The notes under the pieces were generated by a model. The model had not been told where the DNA came from, searched no databases, and saw only the letters and a program-made list of their open reading frames with translations. Shown here piece by piece: positions 44,452 to 52,014 of a stretch of 52,014 nucleotides of DNA. Within the stretch, counting starts at the first letter, position 1. Each line of letters opens with the position of its first letter. This DNA is from an uncultured Gammaproteobacteria bacterium (GTDB lineage Bacteria; Patescibacteriota; Patescibacteriia; Magasanikbacterales; GWA2-37-8), in contig CAYOFO010000002.1 in assembly GCA_964403325.1 (NCBI GenBank), positions 1 to 52,014 of the forward strand, read 5' to 3'. The position numbers were made by a program, and so were the translations under genes.

Positions 44452-45837
44452 ATGCATTTAATATATTTTTTGTTACCAAAAATAGAAAGCCTGGGTAATT
44501 TGGCCTATATTTTTATTGCGGTGGTGGCTTTTCTTGAATCCACGGCTTTTGTGGGCTTGGTTGTTCCAGGATCGACTATAGTGGTGGTGGCCGGGATGCT
44601 CTCGGCGCAAGGGGTGCTGCATTTTGGCAATCTGGTTTTAGCGGTAGCTATTGGTGGCATCTGTGGCGATGCGGTGGCCTTTTTTTTGGGGAGCAAATAC
44701 GGCCATGTTCTCTTTACGCAGAAGAGTAAATTTTTTAAGCCCGAATATCTTAAAAAAGGCGAAGAGTTTTTTTTAGCTCATGGGCAAAAGAGCATTATCT
44801 TCGCTCGATTTTTTGGGCCAGTGAGACCAGTGGTGCCGTTTGTAGCGGGTTTATTTAAAATGTCCAAACAGCGCTTTTTCTTTTTTAATATTGTCAGCGC
44901 TTTTTTGTCGGCACCGCTTTATTTGCTGCTCGGGTATTTTTTTGGTACCGCTTGGACGAGTATAAGCAAACTTACCGGACGAGTACAAATGTTTGCCTTG
45001 TTGCTGGCTGCTGTATTGGGAGTTTTGTATGTTTTTAAAAATTCTCTCCTTAAAATAGGCGGTGATTTTTTTGTGTATCTAAAAAATTTCTGGATTTTGA
45101 TGATAAAACAATTGGCGCTGTATACCCGGCTAGAATTTTTTTTAGCCAATCATGCCGTTGCATCGAAATATGCGCATGGTTTATGGCATGCGCTCAAAAG
45201 CCATCGGCGCTTCCCGACGCTGCTTGCGTGGTATGGAATTTTTTTTGTTATTGTGTGCTCGGGCGCCATGCGTTCGTTTTTGCAGTGGTCGTATATTCAT
45301 CAGACCGACCTGGCAGTGGAAAATTTTTTTTATGATTTCCGGCATCCGTTCTGGGCAGTGGTTTTTTTAATTATCACCTGGTTTGGCAGTTTGCAAGCCA
45401 TCGTTATGGTGTCAAGCGCAGTGGGATGCTGGTGGTATAAAAATCGGCAATTCTATTTTTTTCCTGCACTCCTATTTACGCTTATATTAAGCACCTTCAG
45501 CATGTATATAACCAAGCAATTGGTGCACCAGGTGCGACCAGACTGGGGCTTGGCTGTCTATGCGGAAAAACTTTTTTCTTTTCCGAGCGGGCATACCACG
45601 CTCGCCGTGGCGTTATATGGTTTTATTGTATTCAGCCTCTGTTATGGTGAGGTTGATTGGAACAAAAAAGTAAACCGAATATTTGCAGGTGGTATTATTA
45701 TTTTTTTTATCAGCCTAAGTCGGCTTTATTTGGGAGTGCATTATCTGAGCGATGTGCTGGGGGGGTATGCGCTGGGTTTGATTTGTCTTTTGCTCGGGGT
45801 TGAGGTGGCACGACGGATTATTTTACTCAGAAAGTAA
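44452..45837 (+). CDS. bifunctional DedA-family / PAP2-phosphatase membrane protein
   Basis: The N-terminal half carries DedA motifs (VVPGSTIVVVAGMLSAQG, FFGPVRPVVPFVAG). The C-terminal half carries the PAP2 motifs KQLVHQVRP, PSGHT and SRLYLGVHYLSDV. The start may be 44395 or ATG 44452. Confidence 0.85.
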   Translation: MHLIYFLLPKIESLGNLAYIFIAVVAFLESTAFVGLVVPGSTIVVVAGMLSAQGVLHFGNLVLAVAIGGICGDAVAFFLGSKYGHVLFTQKSKFFKPEYLKKGEEFFLAHGQKSIIFARFFGPVRPVVPFVAGLFKMSKQRFFFFNIVSAFLSAPLYLLLGYFFGTAWTSISKLTGRVQMFALLLAAVLGVLYVFKNSLLKIGGDFFVYLKNFWILMIKQLALYTRLEFFLANHAVASKYAHGLWHALKSHRRFPTLLAWYGIFFVIVCSGAMRSFLQWSYIHQTDLAVENFFYDFRHPFWAVVFLIITWFGSLQAIVMVSSAVGCWWYKNRQFYFFPALLFTLILSTFSMYITKQLVHQVRPDWGLAVYAEKLFSFPSGHTTLAVALYGFIVFSLCYGEVDWNKKVNRIFAGGIIIFFISLSRLYLGVHYLSDVLGGYALGLICLLLGVEVARRIILLRK

Positions 45838-45847
45838 ATACTATTGT

Positions 45848-46126
45848 ATGGAAAAATGGAAAACAAAAAGTTTACAAAATTTGGCCCAAGCCTTTTTAAG
45901 TTTAAAAAACGAAACAGAAATGATGAATTTTCTTCGCGATCTGTGTACGCTTGAGGAGCTTAAAGAATTTTCGCAGCGCTGGGAAATTGCCCAGCTTCTG
46001 CATACAGGTAAAACCTATCGCGAGATCGCCAAACTCACCGGTGTGAGCACGACAACGGTAACGCGTATTGCGCACTGGCTAACCAGTGGGATGGACGGGT
46101 ATAAATTAGCTTTACAGAGAAAATAG
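45848..46126 (+). CDS. YerC/YecD-family TrpR-like DNA-binding protein
   Basis: ...FLRDLCT.EEL...SQRWEIAQLL..G.TYREIA..TGVSTTTVTRI is typical of the TrpR-related YerC/YecD family. Confidence 0.8.
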   Translation: MEKWKTKSLQNLAQAFLSLKNETEMMNFLRDLCTLEELKEFSQRWEIAQLLHTGKTYREIAKLTGVSTTTVTRIAHWLTSGMDGYKLALQRK

Positions 46127-46137
46127 TAAGTGGGGAT

Positions 46138-46179
46138 TTGACAAGCTTGGAATATTGTGTTAACGTAGTAACACAATAT
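46138..46179 (+). promoter_or_regulatory. promoter with overlapping 11-bp inverted-repeat operator
   Basis: TTGACA (46138-46143), 17-nt spacer, TAACGT (46161-46166). The inverted repeat ATATTGTGTTA-acgtag-TAACACAATAT (46152-46162 / 46169-46179) overlaps the -10 element. Confidence 0.5.
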
Positions 46180-46254
46180 GAATATTTCTACTATAAAACT
46201 TCTTCACCATACTAGTGACCTCGGATGAACAGGTTTGTTTTTTGTCCGAGGTCA

Positions 46255-46278
46255 ATCGCCTAATGAGGCGATTTTTTT
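46255..46278 (+). terminator. intrinsic terminator ending 1 nt before the downstream ATG (attenuator-like)
   Basis: ATCGCCT-aatg-AGGCGAT followed by a T7 run (46272-46278). It is preceded by a 9-bp hairpin, GACCTCGGA-N19-TCCGAGGTC (46217-46253). Confidence 0.65.
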
Positions 46279-47148
46279 ATGATTTCATTTTTAAATATGA
46301 ATAAAATTTTACGACTAATTTCTCGTTTTGATACTAAAATTAATAATCCGTATCAGGTGGCTATAAAAAAAGCTGTTGATCAGTCAGTGCTCAAAAAAGA
46401 ACCGATTCAGTTTTTGTTGTTTACTTGTTCGACCATAAATGCGTCAAAGATGTTTTCGGTTACACCAACCGAGTATGTTTCTTTGGATCCATCGGGCAAT
46501 AATTTGCAGAAAGATATCCCTGCGCTTGCGGGTATGATGAGTCGGTTTAATAAAAATTTTGCCGCTAAAGTAACGATTATTATCGGAAATACCGATCCTT
46601 ACTATATTTATTTACAGCAATTAAAAAATTTTTCTCATGAAGAAAAACCGATTGTGCAACAGGGATTTATAGACCGTTGGGCTATATATCGGGAGCGTCT
46701 GGAAGCTGTTATTAAACAAAAATTTCCTCGGTTACCAGTTGAAATTTTAAGTTGGTACGATTTAGAGAAAAAGATAGAAAAAGAAAGAGGTTGTTCTTTT
46801 GAAGAAGAGTTTAATCGACTGTATGGAGAAAATAATAATTATTTTTCTCAAGCGGATTTAACATTTGAGTTGCAGCAGCTCATGAAGCAGTTTGTTCCAG
46901 GAGGTTATTTCGCTTCGCTGGAACGTCCCAGTACAGAATTGCTAAAGGATTGGGTGCTGCGGAAGTTTTCGGAGTATGCCCTGCAGGGCGAATGGCTTAA
47001 TTATAAATTTCCTAACGCTATTTTAATCCAAAACGAAAAACCAAGTGATTTGCGGTCCAAAATGTACCAACCGCTACTCCAAAAACAAACAGGTCAAATG
47101 TTGCCCGTAGTTTATTTTTTTGGTGTTGATAATAAAGGATATGTTTAG
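46279..47148 (+). CDS. hypothetical protein, paralogue A (289 aa)
   Basis: Clean ORF with no family recognised. It shares blocks with the next ORF (FLLFTCS / FVTFVCL; FPNAILIQNEKP / FPQAILLQADTP). Confidence 0.6.
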   Translation: MISFLNMNKILRLISRFDTKINNPYQVAIKKAVDQSVLKKEPIQFLLFTCSTINASKMFSVTPTEYVSLDPSGNNLQKDIPALAGMMSRFNKNFAAKVTIIIGNTDPYYIYLQQLKNFSHEEKPIVQQGFIDRWAIYRERLEAVIKQKFPRLPVEILSWYDLEKKIEKERGCSFEEEFNRLYGENNNYFSQADLTFELQQLMKQFVPGGYFASLERPSTELLKDWVLRKFSEYALQGEWLNYKFPNAILIQNEKPSDLRSKMYQPLLQKQTGQMLPVVYFFGVDNKGYV

Positions 47149-47923
47149 ATCAGAATTCTCACCTATTTTTCTACAGGATGGGTTGTGTGGTAGAGAGGTG
47201 GCAGAGCAGGCCGAAAAGGCGTTGGCAATTTTAAAAGAATATGAGAAAGGCGAAATAAATTTTACCCCAGATTTTAGAAATGCTCTTGGGGCTGAAACAA
47301 TTCAGTTTGTAACTTTTGTTTGTCTGGGGTCTGTTCCGCACAAAGAACAACTGCGCTCTGATTTAGCTAAGACAAAATTTTTTTCAAGTTATCTAAAAAC
47401 AGCAAAAGATCTATTTGAAAAATTTAAGGCACAAGGATTAAAAACCAGATTCACCCTGTTTTTGCCCGATGTTGAACCGGTGAGAACTTGGGGTTGGCAG
47501 GTAAATCAAGAAGAAATAACCACGGCTTGCCAGCGCATGGTCACCAAGTTTTCGCCGCGTTTGCCGGAAAATTGGAATCTAAAACTCTGGTCAGAAGTTG
47601 AGTTTTCTCAAGAGCCGGGCCGAGGATCGTATGGTGAATCGTTAAACTGGGTGCGACAAAATGCTCCGGAAGATATTTTAAATCCGGAAACGGAATTCTT
47701 GAGAGATTTTGGGGTGCAGTTTCCAGAAATACTCCTCAGAGGAACTCCAGAAAGCGTGGCTAAAAAACAGTTGGCAGCGTATGCTGATGAGGGTCGTGTT
47801 TTACAACAGTATTTTCCTCAAGCCATCTTGCTTCAAGCAGATACTCCAGTGAATCGAAAAGATGCTATGTTTATGCTGCTACGATCTCGGGCATTACCTA
47901 TAGCCCATCCATTTATTAGGTAA
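47141..47923 (+). CDS. hypothetical protein, paralogue B (260 aa)
   Basis: ATG 47141 overlaps the upstream stop (ATGTTTAG), which suggests translational coupling. It is distantly similar to paralogue A. Confidence 0.6.
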   Translation: MFRSEFSPIFLQDGLCGREVAEQAEKALAILKEYEKGEINFTPDFRNALGAETIQFVTFVCLGSVPHKEQLRSDLAKTKFFSSYLKTAKDLFEKFKAQGLKTRFTLFLPDVEPVRTWGWQVNQEEITTACQRMVTKFSPRLPENWNLKLWSEVEFSQEPGRGSYGESLNWVRQNAPEDILNPETEFLRDFGVQFPEILLRGTPESVAKKQLAAYADEGRVLQQYFPQAILLQADTPVNRKDAMFMLLRSRALPIAHPFIR

Positions 47924-47982
47924 ATGCAGGAAAAATTCTTAGAAAATTGAGTTAAAGCAGAGTCGCTGAAAAAAGTATGCAA

Positions 47983-48345
47983 TTATTGAAATTTTTTAAA
48001 ATTCGCTATATCCTGCTCAATCTGTTTTTTCAATTCTTCTTTGTCCTTAAAGTGAATTTCTCCGCGCAAAAAATCTTTTACCGTGACAGTAATTTTTTGG
48101 CCGTACAAATCACCGGAAAAATTCATTAAATGTACTTCCAGGCAATCAGCTTTTGATAACGAATTATGTCCGTAGTATAGGAGTCCGGTATAATTTTTAG
48201 TATCAATCATTGTTTGGCAAACATATAAACCTCGAGCCATTTTTTGCGACTCAGCAAGATGAATATCTAAATTCGCGGTTGGTGCACCCAAGTTTTTGCC
48301 TTGGTTTAAACCGTGGTGAACAGTACCGGTAATAATAGTCGACAT
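47983..48345 (-). CDS. monofunctional riboflavin kinase
   Basis: GTVHHGLNQGKNLGAPTANL and the C-terminal F.DKEEL..QI..D are typical of the RibF C-terminal kinase domain. At 120 aa there is no FAD-synthetase domain. Confidence 0.8.
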   Translation of the reverse strand: MSTIITGTVHHGLNQGKNLGAPTANLDIHLAESQKMARGLYVCQTMIDTKNYTGLLYYGHNSLSKADCLEVHLMNFSGDLYGQKITVTVKDFLRGEIHFKDKEELKKQIEQDIANFKKFQ

Positions 48346-48504
48346 ACAGAGATATTTTACATCAAAAAATGAAATGTGGTTGAGAAATAGTTTTGGTTGG
48401 GTTAAGTTGATTGGCGATGATTGGTTGGAGTTAGTCGGGTGGAGTAGTTAAATGGACAAAACAGGGGTTTTTTGTTATCGTTCAGACGTTTATGTCTATC
48501 TTTT

Positions 48505-49449
48505 ATGTCCATTCTCATTTCAAGTTCGCTCGCGTACGATAATGTGATGACGTTTCCGGGCAGTTTTAAAGATTATCTCCTGGCCGACCAGCAGCATATT
48601 TTAAGCGTTTCCTTCTCGGTTGACCGTTTAAAGCGTAGTTTTGGCGGCGTAGGCGGAAACATTGCCTATACAACCAAACTCTTGGGAGCAGACCCTCTTT
48701 TGGTTTCGGTGCTGGGAAAAGATGGCGATGATTATTTGCAGTATCTTAAGAAATTGGGTATTAACACAGAATATATTACCAAAGATACAGAGAGATTTAC
48801 GGCTACAGCCTATATTACTACGGACCGGGATGCCAATCAAATTACGGCTTTTTACAATGGGCCGCTCGATTTGGGCAAAGACTTTAGTATGCAAAATATT
48901 AAAACTAACGTTGCTGTCGCCCTAGTTACGGTAAATGAACGAGCTACGATGATAAAACATATTGCCGAATGTAAACAGCTCGGCATGAAAACCATATTTG
49001 ATCCAGGCCAACAGTTATCAGCGCTTACGGCAGAGGAATTGCAACAAATGATACAATGCGCGGATTTTGTGGTTGGAAATGATTACGAAATGAAACTGAT
49101 TCAAGAAAGAACAGGTTGGAGCGAAAGCAAAATTTTGGATCAATGTGAAGTCATGATTACGACTCTGGGCGAACGTGGTTCGCTTATAGAGCAAAAAGGA
49201 AAAGAAAAAATGCTGGTCGACGCCTGCAAACCGAGCAAGATTGATGACCCTACAGGCGCCGGCGACGCGTACCGAGCGGGATTTTTTGTGGGTTATGAAA
49301 AAGGGTTTGATTTAAAGACCTGCGCCCAAATGGGCAGCACGGCCGCGAGTTATGTGGTCGAAAAAACCGGAACACAAGAACATTATTTTACTGTGCAGGA
49401 ATTTTGTGAGCGTTACGAAAAATCGTATCAAGAGAATCTGGCTTTGTAA
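48505..49449 (+). CDS. PfkB-family carbohydrate/nucleoside kinase
   Basis: N-terminal ILISSSLAYD, GG.GGNIAY and the C-terminal DPTGAGDAYRAGF (anion hole/catalytic Asp). Start trimmed to ATG 48505. Confidence 0.85.
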   Translation: MSILISSSLAYDNVMTFPGSFKDYLLADQQHILSVSFSVDRLKRSFGGVGGNIAYTTKLLGADPLLVSVLGKDGDDYLQYLKKLGINTEYITKDTERFTATAYITTDRDANQITAFYNGPLDLGKDFSMQNIKTNVAVALVTVNERATMIKHIAECKQLGMKTIFDPGQQLSALTAEELQQMIQCADFVVGNDYEMKLIQERTGWSESKILDQCEVMITTLGERGSLIEQKGKEKMLVDACKPSKIDDPTGAGDAYRAGFFVGYEKGFDLKTCAQMGSTAASYVVEKTGTQEHYFTVQEFCERYEKSYQENLAL

Positions 49450-49587
49450 AAAATAGAAAGCTTGGAGAAAGCGCTCTCTGGGCAAGTGGGCTGGCTGCAG
49501 GATTGGGGGTAAAAGATTAAGCCTTGATAGACCTGCACTTTTAAATATGAATTTACTCCTGCGCACGGGAGGGTATAATCTTTTTTT

Positions 49588-50043
49588 ATGAAACCAGGCA
49601 TTGATTATATTGGACTGACGGTTGTTTTTTGTTGCTATGACGGCAAAGGAAAATTTCTTTTGCAGCAGCGTGGTGTAAAGTGTCGGGATGAACAGGGTTT
49701 TTGGGAATTTGGCGGTGGCCAGATTGAGTTTGGGGAAACAGTTGAGGCAGCAGTGTTGCGGGAAATGAGGGAGGAAATAGGGGTTTCCGGGTCTGTTATA
49801 GAAGCTTTGCCACCACTTAGCCTTTTGCGTGAAGATAAGGGTATAAAAAAACACTGGCTACTTTTTCCGTTTATTATTTTAGTGGATCCTAAAGATGTGG
49901 TCGTTAATGAACCGCCAGAAAAAATTGCAGCCGTGGATTGGTTTAGGTGGGAAGATTTTCCACAACCATTGCATCCAGGGGATGTTTTATTGTTGGAAAA
50001 GTACAAATGGTATTTTGAGAAATTAGTGAAAAACAATATATGA
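49588..50043 (+). CDS. NUDIX hydrolase (tandem copy 1)
   Basis: Nudix box GGGQIEFGETVEAAVLREMREEIG. Confidence 0.85.
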   Translation: MKPGIDYIGLTVVFCCYDGKGKFLLQQRGVKCRDEQGFWEFGGGQIEFGETVEAAVLREMREEIGVSGSVIEALPPLSLLREDKGIKKHWLLFPFIILVDPKDVVVNEPPEKIAAVDWFRWEDFPQPLHPGDVLLLEKYKWYFEKLVKNNI

Positions 50044-50489
50044 AACCGGGAGTAGATTATATCGGTCTTAGCGTGGTATTTTGCTGTTATGATGGCAATG
50101 GTAAATTTTTCTTGCAGAAACGGGGGCAGAAATGCCGCGATGAGCAGGGTAAATGGGAGTTTGGCGGCGGGCAAATTGAGTTTGGGGAAACGATTGAAGC
50201 AGCTGTAATACGCGAAATGAAAGAAGAAAATGATGCGACTGGAAAGATTTTGGAAACTTTACCGCCACAGGCCTTGTTTCGAGAAAGTAATGGGGTAAAA
50301 ACTCATTGGATGCTATTTCCATTTATCCTATTGGTTAATCCTGAGGAAATAAAACTTAACGAACCGGAAAAATTTGACGGGAGCGGCTGGTTTGAAATTA
50401 GGAATTTCCCTATCCCACTTCACCCGGGTGTAGTACAATTATTAAAAGTTTATGAATCGTATTTTTTTAAGTACAAGCTTCATGAGTAA
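50040..50489 (+). CDS. NUDIX hydrolase (tandem copy 2)
   Basis: Nudix box GGGQIEFGETIEAAVIREMKEE. ATGA overlap with copy 1. The N-terminal 65 aa are nearly identical to copy 1. Confidence 0.85.
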   Translation: MKPGVDYIGLSVVFCCYDGNGKFFLQKRGQKCRDEQGKWEFGGGQIEFGETIEAAVIREMKEENDATGKILETLPPQALFRESNGVKTHWMLFPFILLVNPEEIKLNEPEKFDGSGWFEIRNFPIPLHPGVVQLLKVYESYFFKYKLHE

Positions 50490-50540
50490 TAGTATTTTTA
50501 CTTGTTTATCATAATAAGCACATTTTTAAAACTAAATTAT

Positions 50541-51257
50541 ATGAAAAAATTTTTCGTTTTTGTTTTGAGTCTTGTCCTGCTTGTTCCAATGCTGGCACAA
50601 GCTGATAGTATGCCTGACGGCTATCATCCAATAGATAATTATTTTATTTTGCAAAACGCTCAAAAATATCCTGAATATAACTTTTATATAACAGGAGATT
50701 TTCATGGTCGAGTTAGAAGTGAGTTGTTAACAACTACCTCAACTCAATTTTCGGATGTTACAGGCGGAAACTTTATTGCTGTAAAAAAGACAGATGTAAA
50801 TAAGCTTGCATCTGGAGCTGTAAAAAATTGTGATGAGTGTGGCGATAATTGGTTTGAACTACCAACGAATGCTAAATACATCCTTAACTCCAACATGATT
50901 TTTATTTTTGAAGGTAGTGTCTCTGGTGAAAACCAAACCACCAGTCGAACATATACGGTAGCGATCGATGGAATTGCTGGAAATACCTTAAAGGCTCACT
51001 TGGTAGATCAAACTTCTCAGAATGCTGAGCAAAAACCCTCGATAGATATAGTAAAAATTCCTACTACTTCATTAAATCAGCCAACTACATCTAATTCAAT
51101 AAATCCAATTCCTAGTTCAGGAACTGTGGCTACTACTTCCGAGGTTATACATTTTTCCATACCAAAATCTTCTTTAAATTCTATTTTGGTTAGTTTGGTG
51201 GTTATGTTTTTGGGAGCTGTGGGAATTGTGGTTATTTCAAGAACATGGAAGAAATAA
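50541..51257 (+). CDS. hypothetical secreted protein with C-terminal TM anchor
   Basis: Signal peptide MKKFFVFVLSLVLLVPMLAQA, a T/S/P-rich stalk and a C-terminal hydrophobic helix followed by RTWKK. Confidence 0.55.
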   Translation: MKKFFVFVLSLVLLVPMLAQADSMPDGYHPIDNYFILQNAQKYPEYNFYITGDFHGRVRSELLTTTSTQFSDVTGGNFIAVKKTDVNKLASGAVKNCDECGDNWFELPTNAKYILNSNMIFIFEGSVSGENQTTSRTYTVAIDGIAGNTLKAHLVDQTSQNAEQKPSIDIVKIPTTSLNQPTTSNSINPIPSSGTVATTSEVIHFSIPKSSLNSILVSLVVMFLGAVGIVVISRTWKK

Positions 51258-51544
51258 AATATCTTGTTTTTACACTTCTCACAGAAGTATCGCTGGCTGT
51301 TTGTTTGCTGCGATCTTTCAATTGGAAACAAGTGTTTTTGATTACGGTTTTGGTAAACATGGTTTCGCATCCGATAGCTTGGTTTCTTATTTTTTACGGC
51401 TGGAGTTGGTGGTGGCTGGAGTTAGGGGTAGCTTTATTTGAAGGATTGCTCTTTGTAATTATTTTTCCATCAAACAGAATTCGCGCTGGTTTGGTGGCAA
51501 TTTTTATGAATATAGTGAGCGCAGTTTTAGGGTTGCTTATTTAG
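51245..51544 (+). CDS. small integral membrane protein (99 aa)
   Basis: Three predicted hydrophobic helices. Overlaps the upstream gene by 13 nt. Confidence 0.45.
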   Translation: MEEIKYLVFTLLTEVSLAVCLLRSFNWKQVFLITVLVNMVSHPIAWFLIFYGWSWWWLELGVALFEGLLFVIIFPSNRIRAGLVAIFMNIVSAVLGLLI

Positions 51545-51563
51545 AATTAATGATCGTGCAAAT

Positions 51564-52014
51564 ATGCTAACAGTATTTCTCGTTATTTATTTTTCCCTGC
51601 TCTTGTTTTTTGCAGTAAAAAATTTTAAAGCAGCTCTAGGAATTTTTATTCTTTCTCTGCCTACTTACTTAGTCCGTTTTCATATTGGAGGGTTTCCTTC
51701 TACCATGCTCGAGGTTGGGTTTGCGGCGCTCGCCTTGGGTTGGGTTGGGCGTTACGCCAAAATTGATTATAAAAATATTGCGGAGGTTGCGAAAAAGTAT
51801 CCGCTATTTTTTGTACTGCTTACTATTTTTTTTCTGTCGTCGGTCGTGGGAGTTATGATAAGTGGAGAAGTTGTGCCGGCTCTGGGTATTTGGCGAGCCT
51901 ATTTTTTGGAGCCAATGGTTTTCTTTTTGATTTTGCTTGGTCGGCGTGAGAGCTTTACCAAAGACGATATTATTTGGATGCTGGGATTATCAACACTATC
52001 TATTACGTATTACA
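51564..52014 (+). CDS. polytopic membrane protein, 3'-truncated by window end (possibly O-antigen-ligase-like)
   Basis: ATG 51564 opens a frame that runs to the window end: MLTVFLVIYFSLLLFF...LPTYLVRFHIGGFPSTMLEV... It is not in the ORF track because it has no stop. The family call is tentative. Confidence 0.4.
   Translation, partial: MLTVFLVIYFSLLLFFAVKNFKAALGIFILSLPTYLVRFHIGGFPSTMLEVGFAALALGWVGRYAKIDYKNIAEVAKKYPLFFVLLTIFFLSSVVGVMISGEVVPALGIWRAYFLEPMVFFLILLGRRESFTKDDIIWMLGLSTLSITYY

Noticed and set aside
49312-50174. Two long minus-strand ORFs (180 and 179 aa) across the PfkB 3' end and the NUDIX genes.
   Set aside because: The plus-strand genes have unambiguous Nudix boxes and PfkB motifs. 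The antisense products look like translated noise (Phe/Leu/Pro/Ser-rich) and overlap each other.
1-52014. CRISPR arrays, rRNA genes, IS elements or prophage genes, and an alternative genetic code (UGA recoding).
   Set aside because: No regularly spaced direct repeats and no rRNA-like segments were seen. There are no transposase, integrase, capsid or terminase-like ORFs. Long housekeeping ORFs are intact under the standard code with normal lengths.

Overview
The window looks like the chromosomal replication-origin region of a small, streamlined bacterium. The core is rpmH-rnpA-yidD (minus strand) facing dnaA-dnaN (plus strand), with TTATCCACA-type DnaA boxes in three consecutive intergenic regions. 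Assignment to Patescibacteria/CPR is my inference only. It rests on gene content, the near-absence of Shine-Dalgarno motifs, many small hypothetical membrane or secreted proteins, and a lamin-tail-domain surface protein. The standard genetic code fits, since long housekeeping ORFs are intact.

Housekeeping genes I can support:
- K+-independent H+-pyrophosphatase, trigger factor, DksA/TraR-like Zn finger, LspA, ComM/YifB
- a 3D-domain protein and class A PBP
- two tRNA-Ser genes, exonuclease III
- a TroABCD-like metal ABC importer and a MacB/FtsX-type ABC pair
- CYTH, RadC, cyclophilin, three NUDIX hydrolases
- a DedA-PAP2 fusion, a YerC/TrpR-like regulator, riboflavin kinase and a PfkB kinase

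Most interesting accessory content:
1. Directly downstream of tRNA-Ser(CGA) lies a tightly packed, visibly A/T-rich three-gene restriction-modification-like operon (23692-28021). It has no HsdR. The N6-adenine methyltransferase carries an N-terminal PD-(D/E)xK-like domain. A HEPN (Rx4H)-DUF4357 fusion gene is wedged between the M and S genes.
2. A 3-kb islet between the two tRNA-Ser genes holds a frameshift-split eukaryotic-like kinase.
3. A palindromic operator plus an intrinsic terminator abuts the ATG of two overlapping paralogous genes of unknown function (46127-47923).
4. There are two ORF-poor regions that could encode structured RNAs (about 9640-9966 and 44107-44451).

I found no CRISPR array, transposase, integrase or rRNA.
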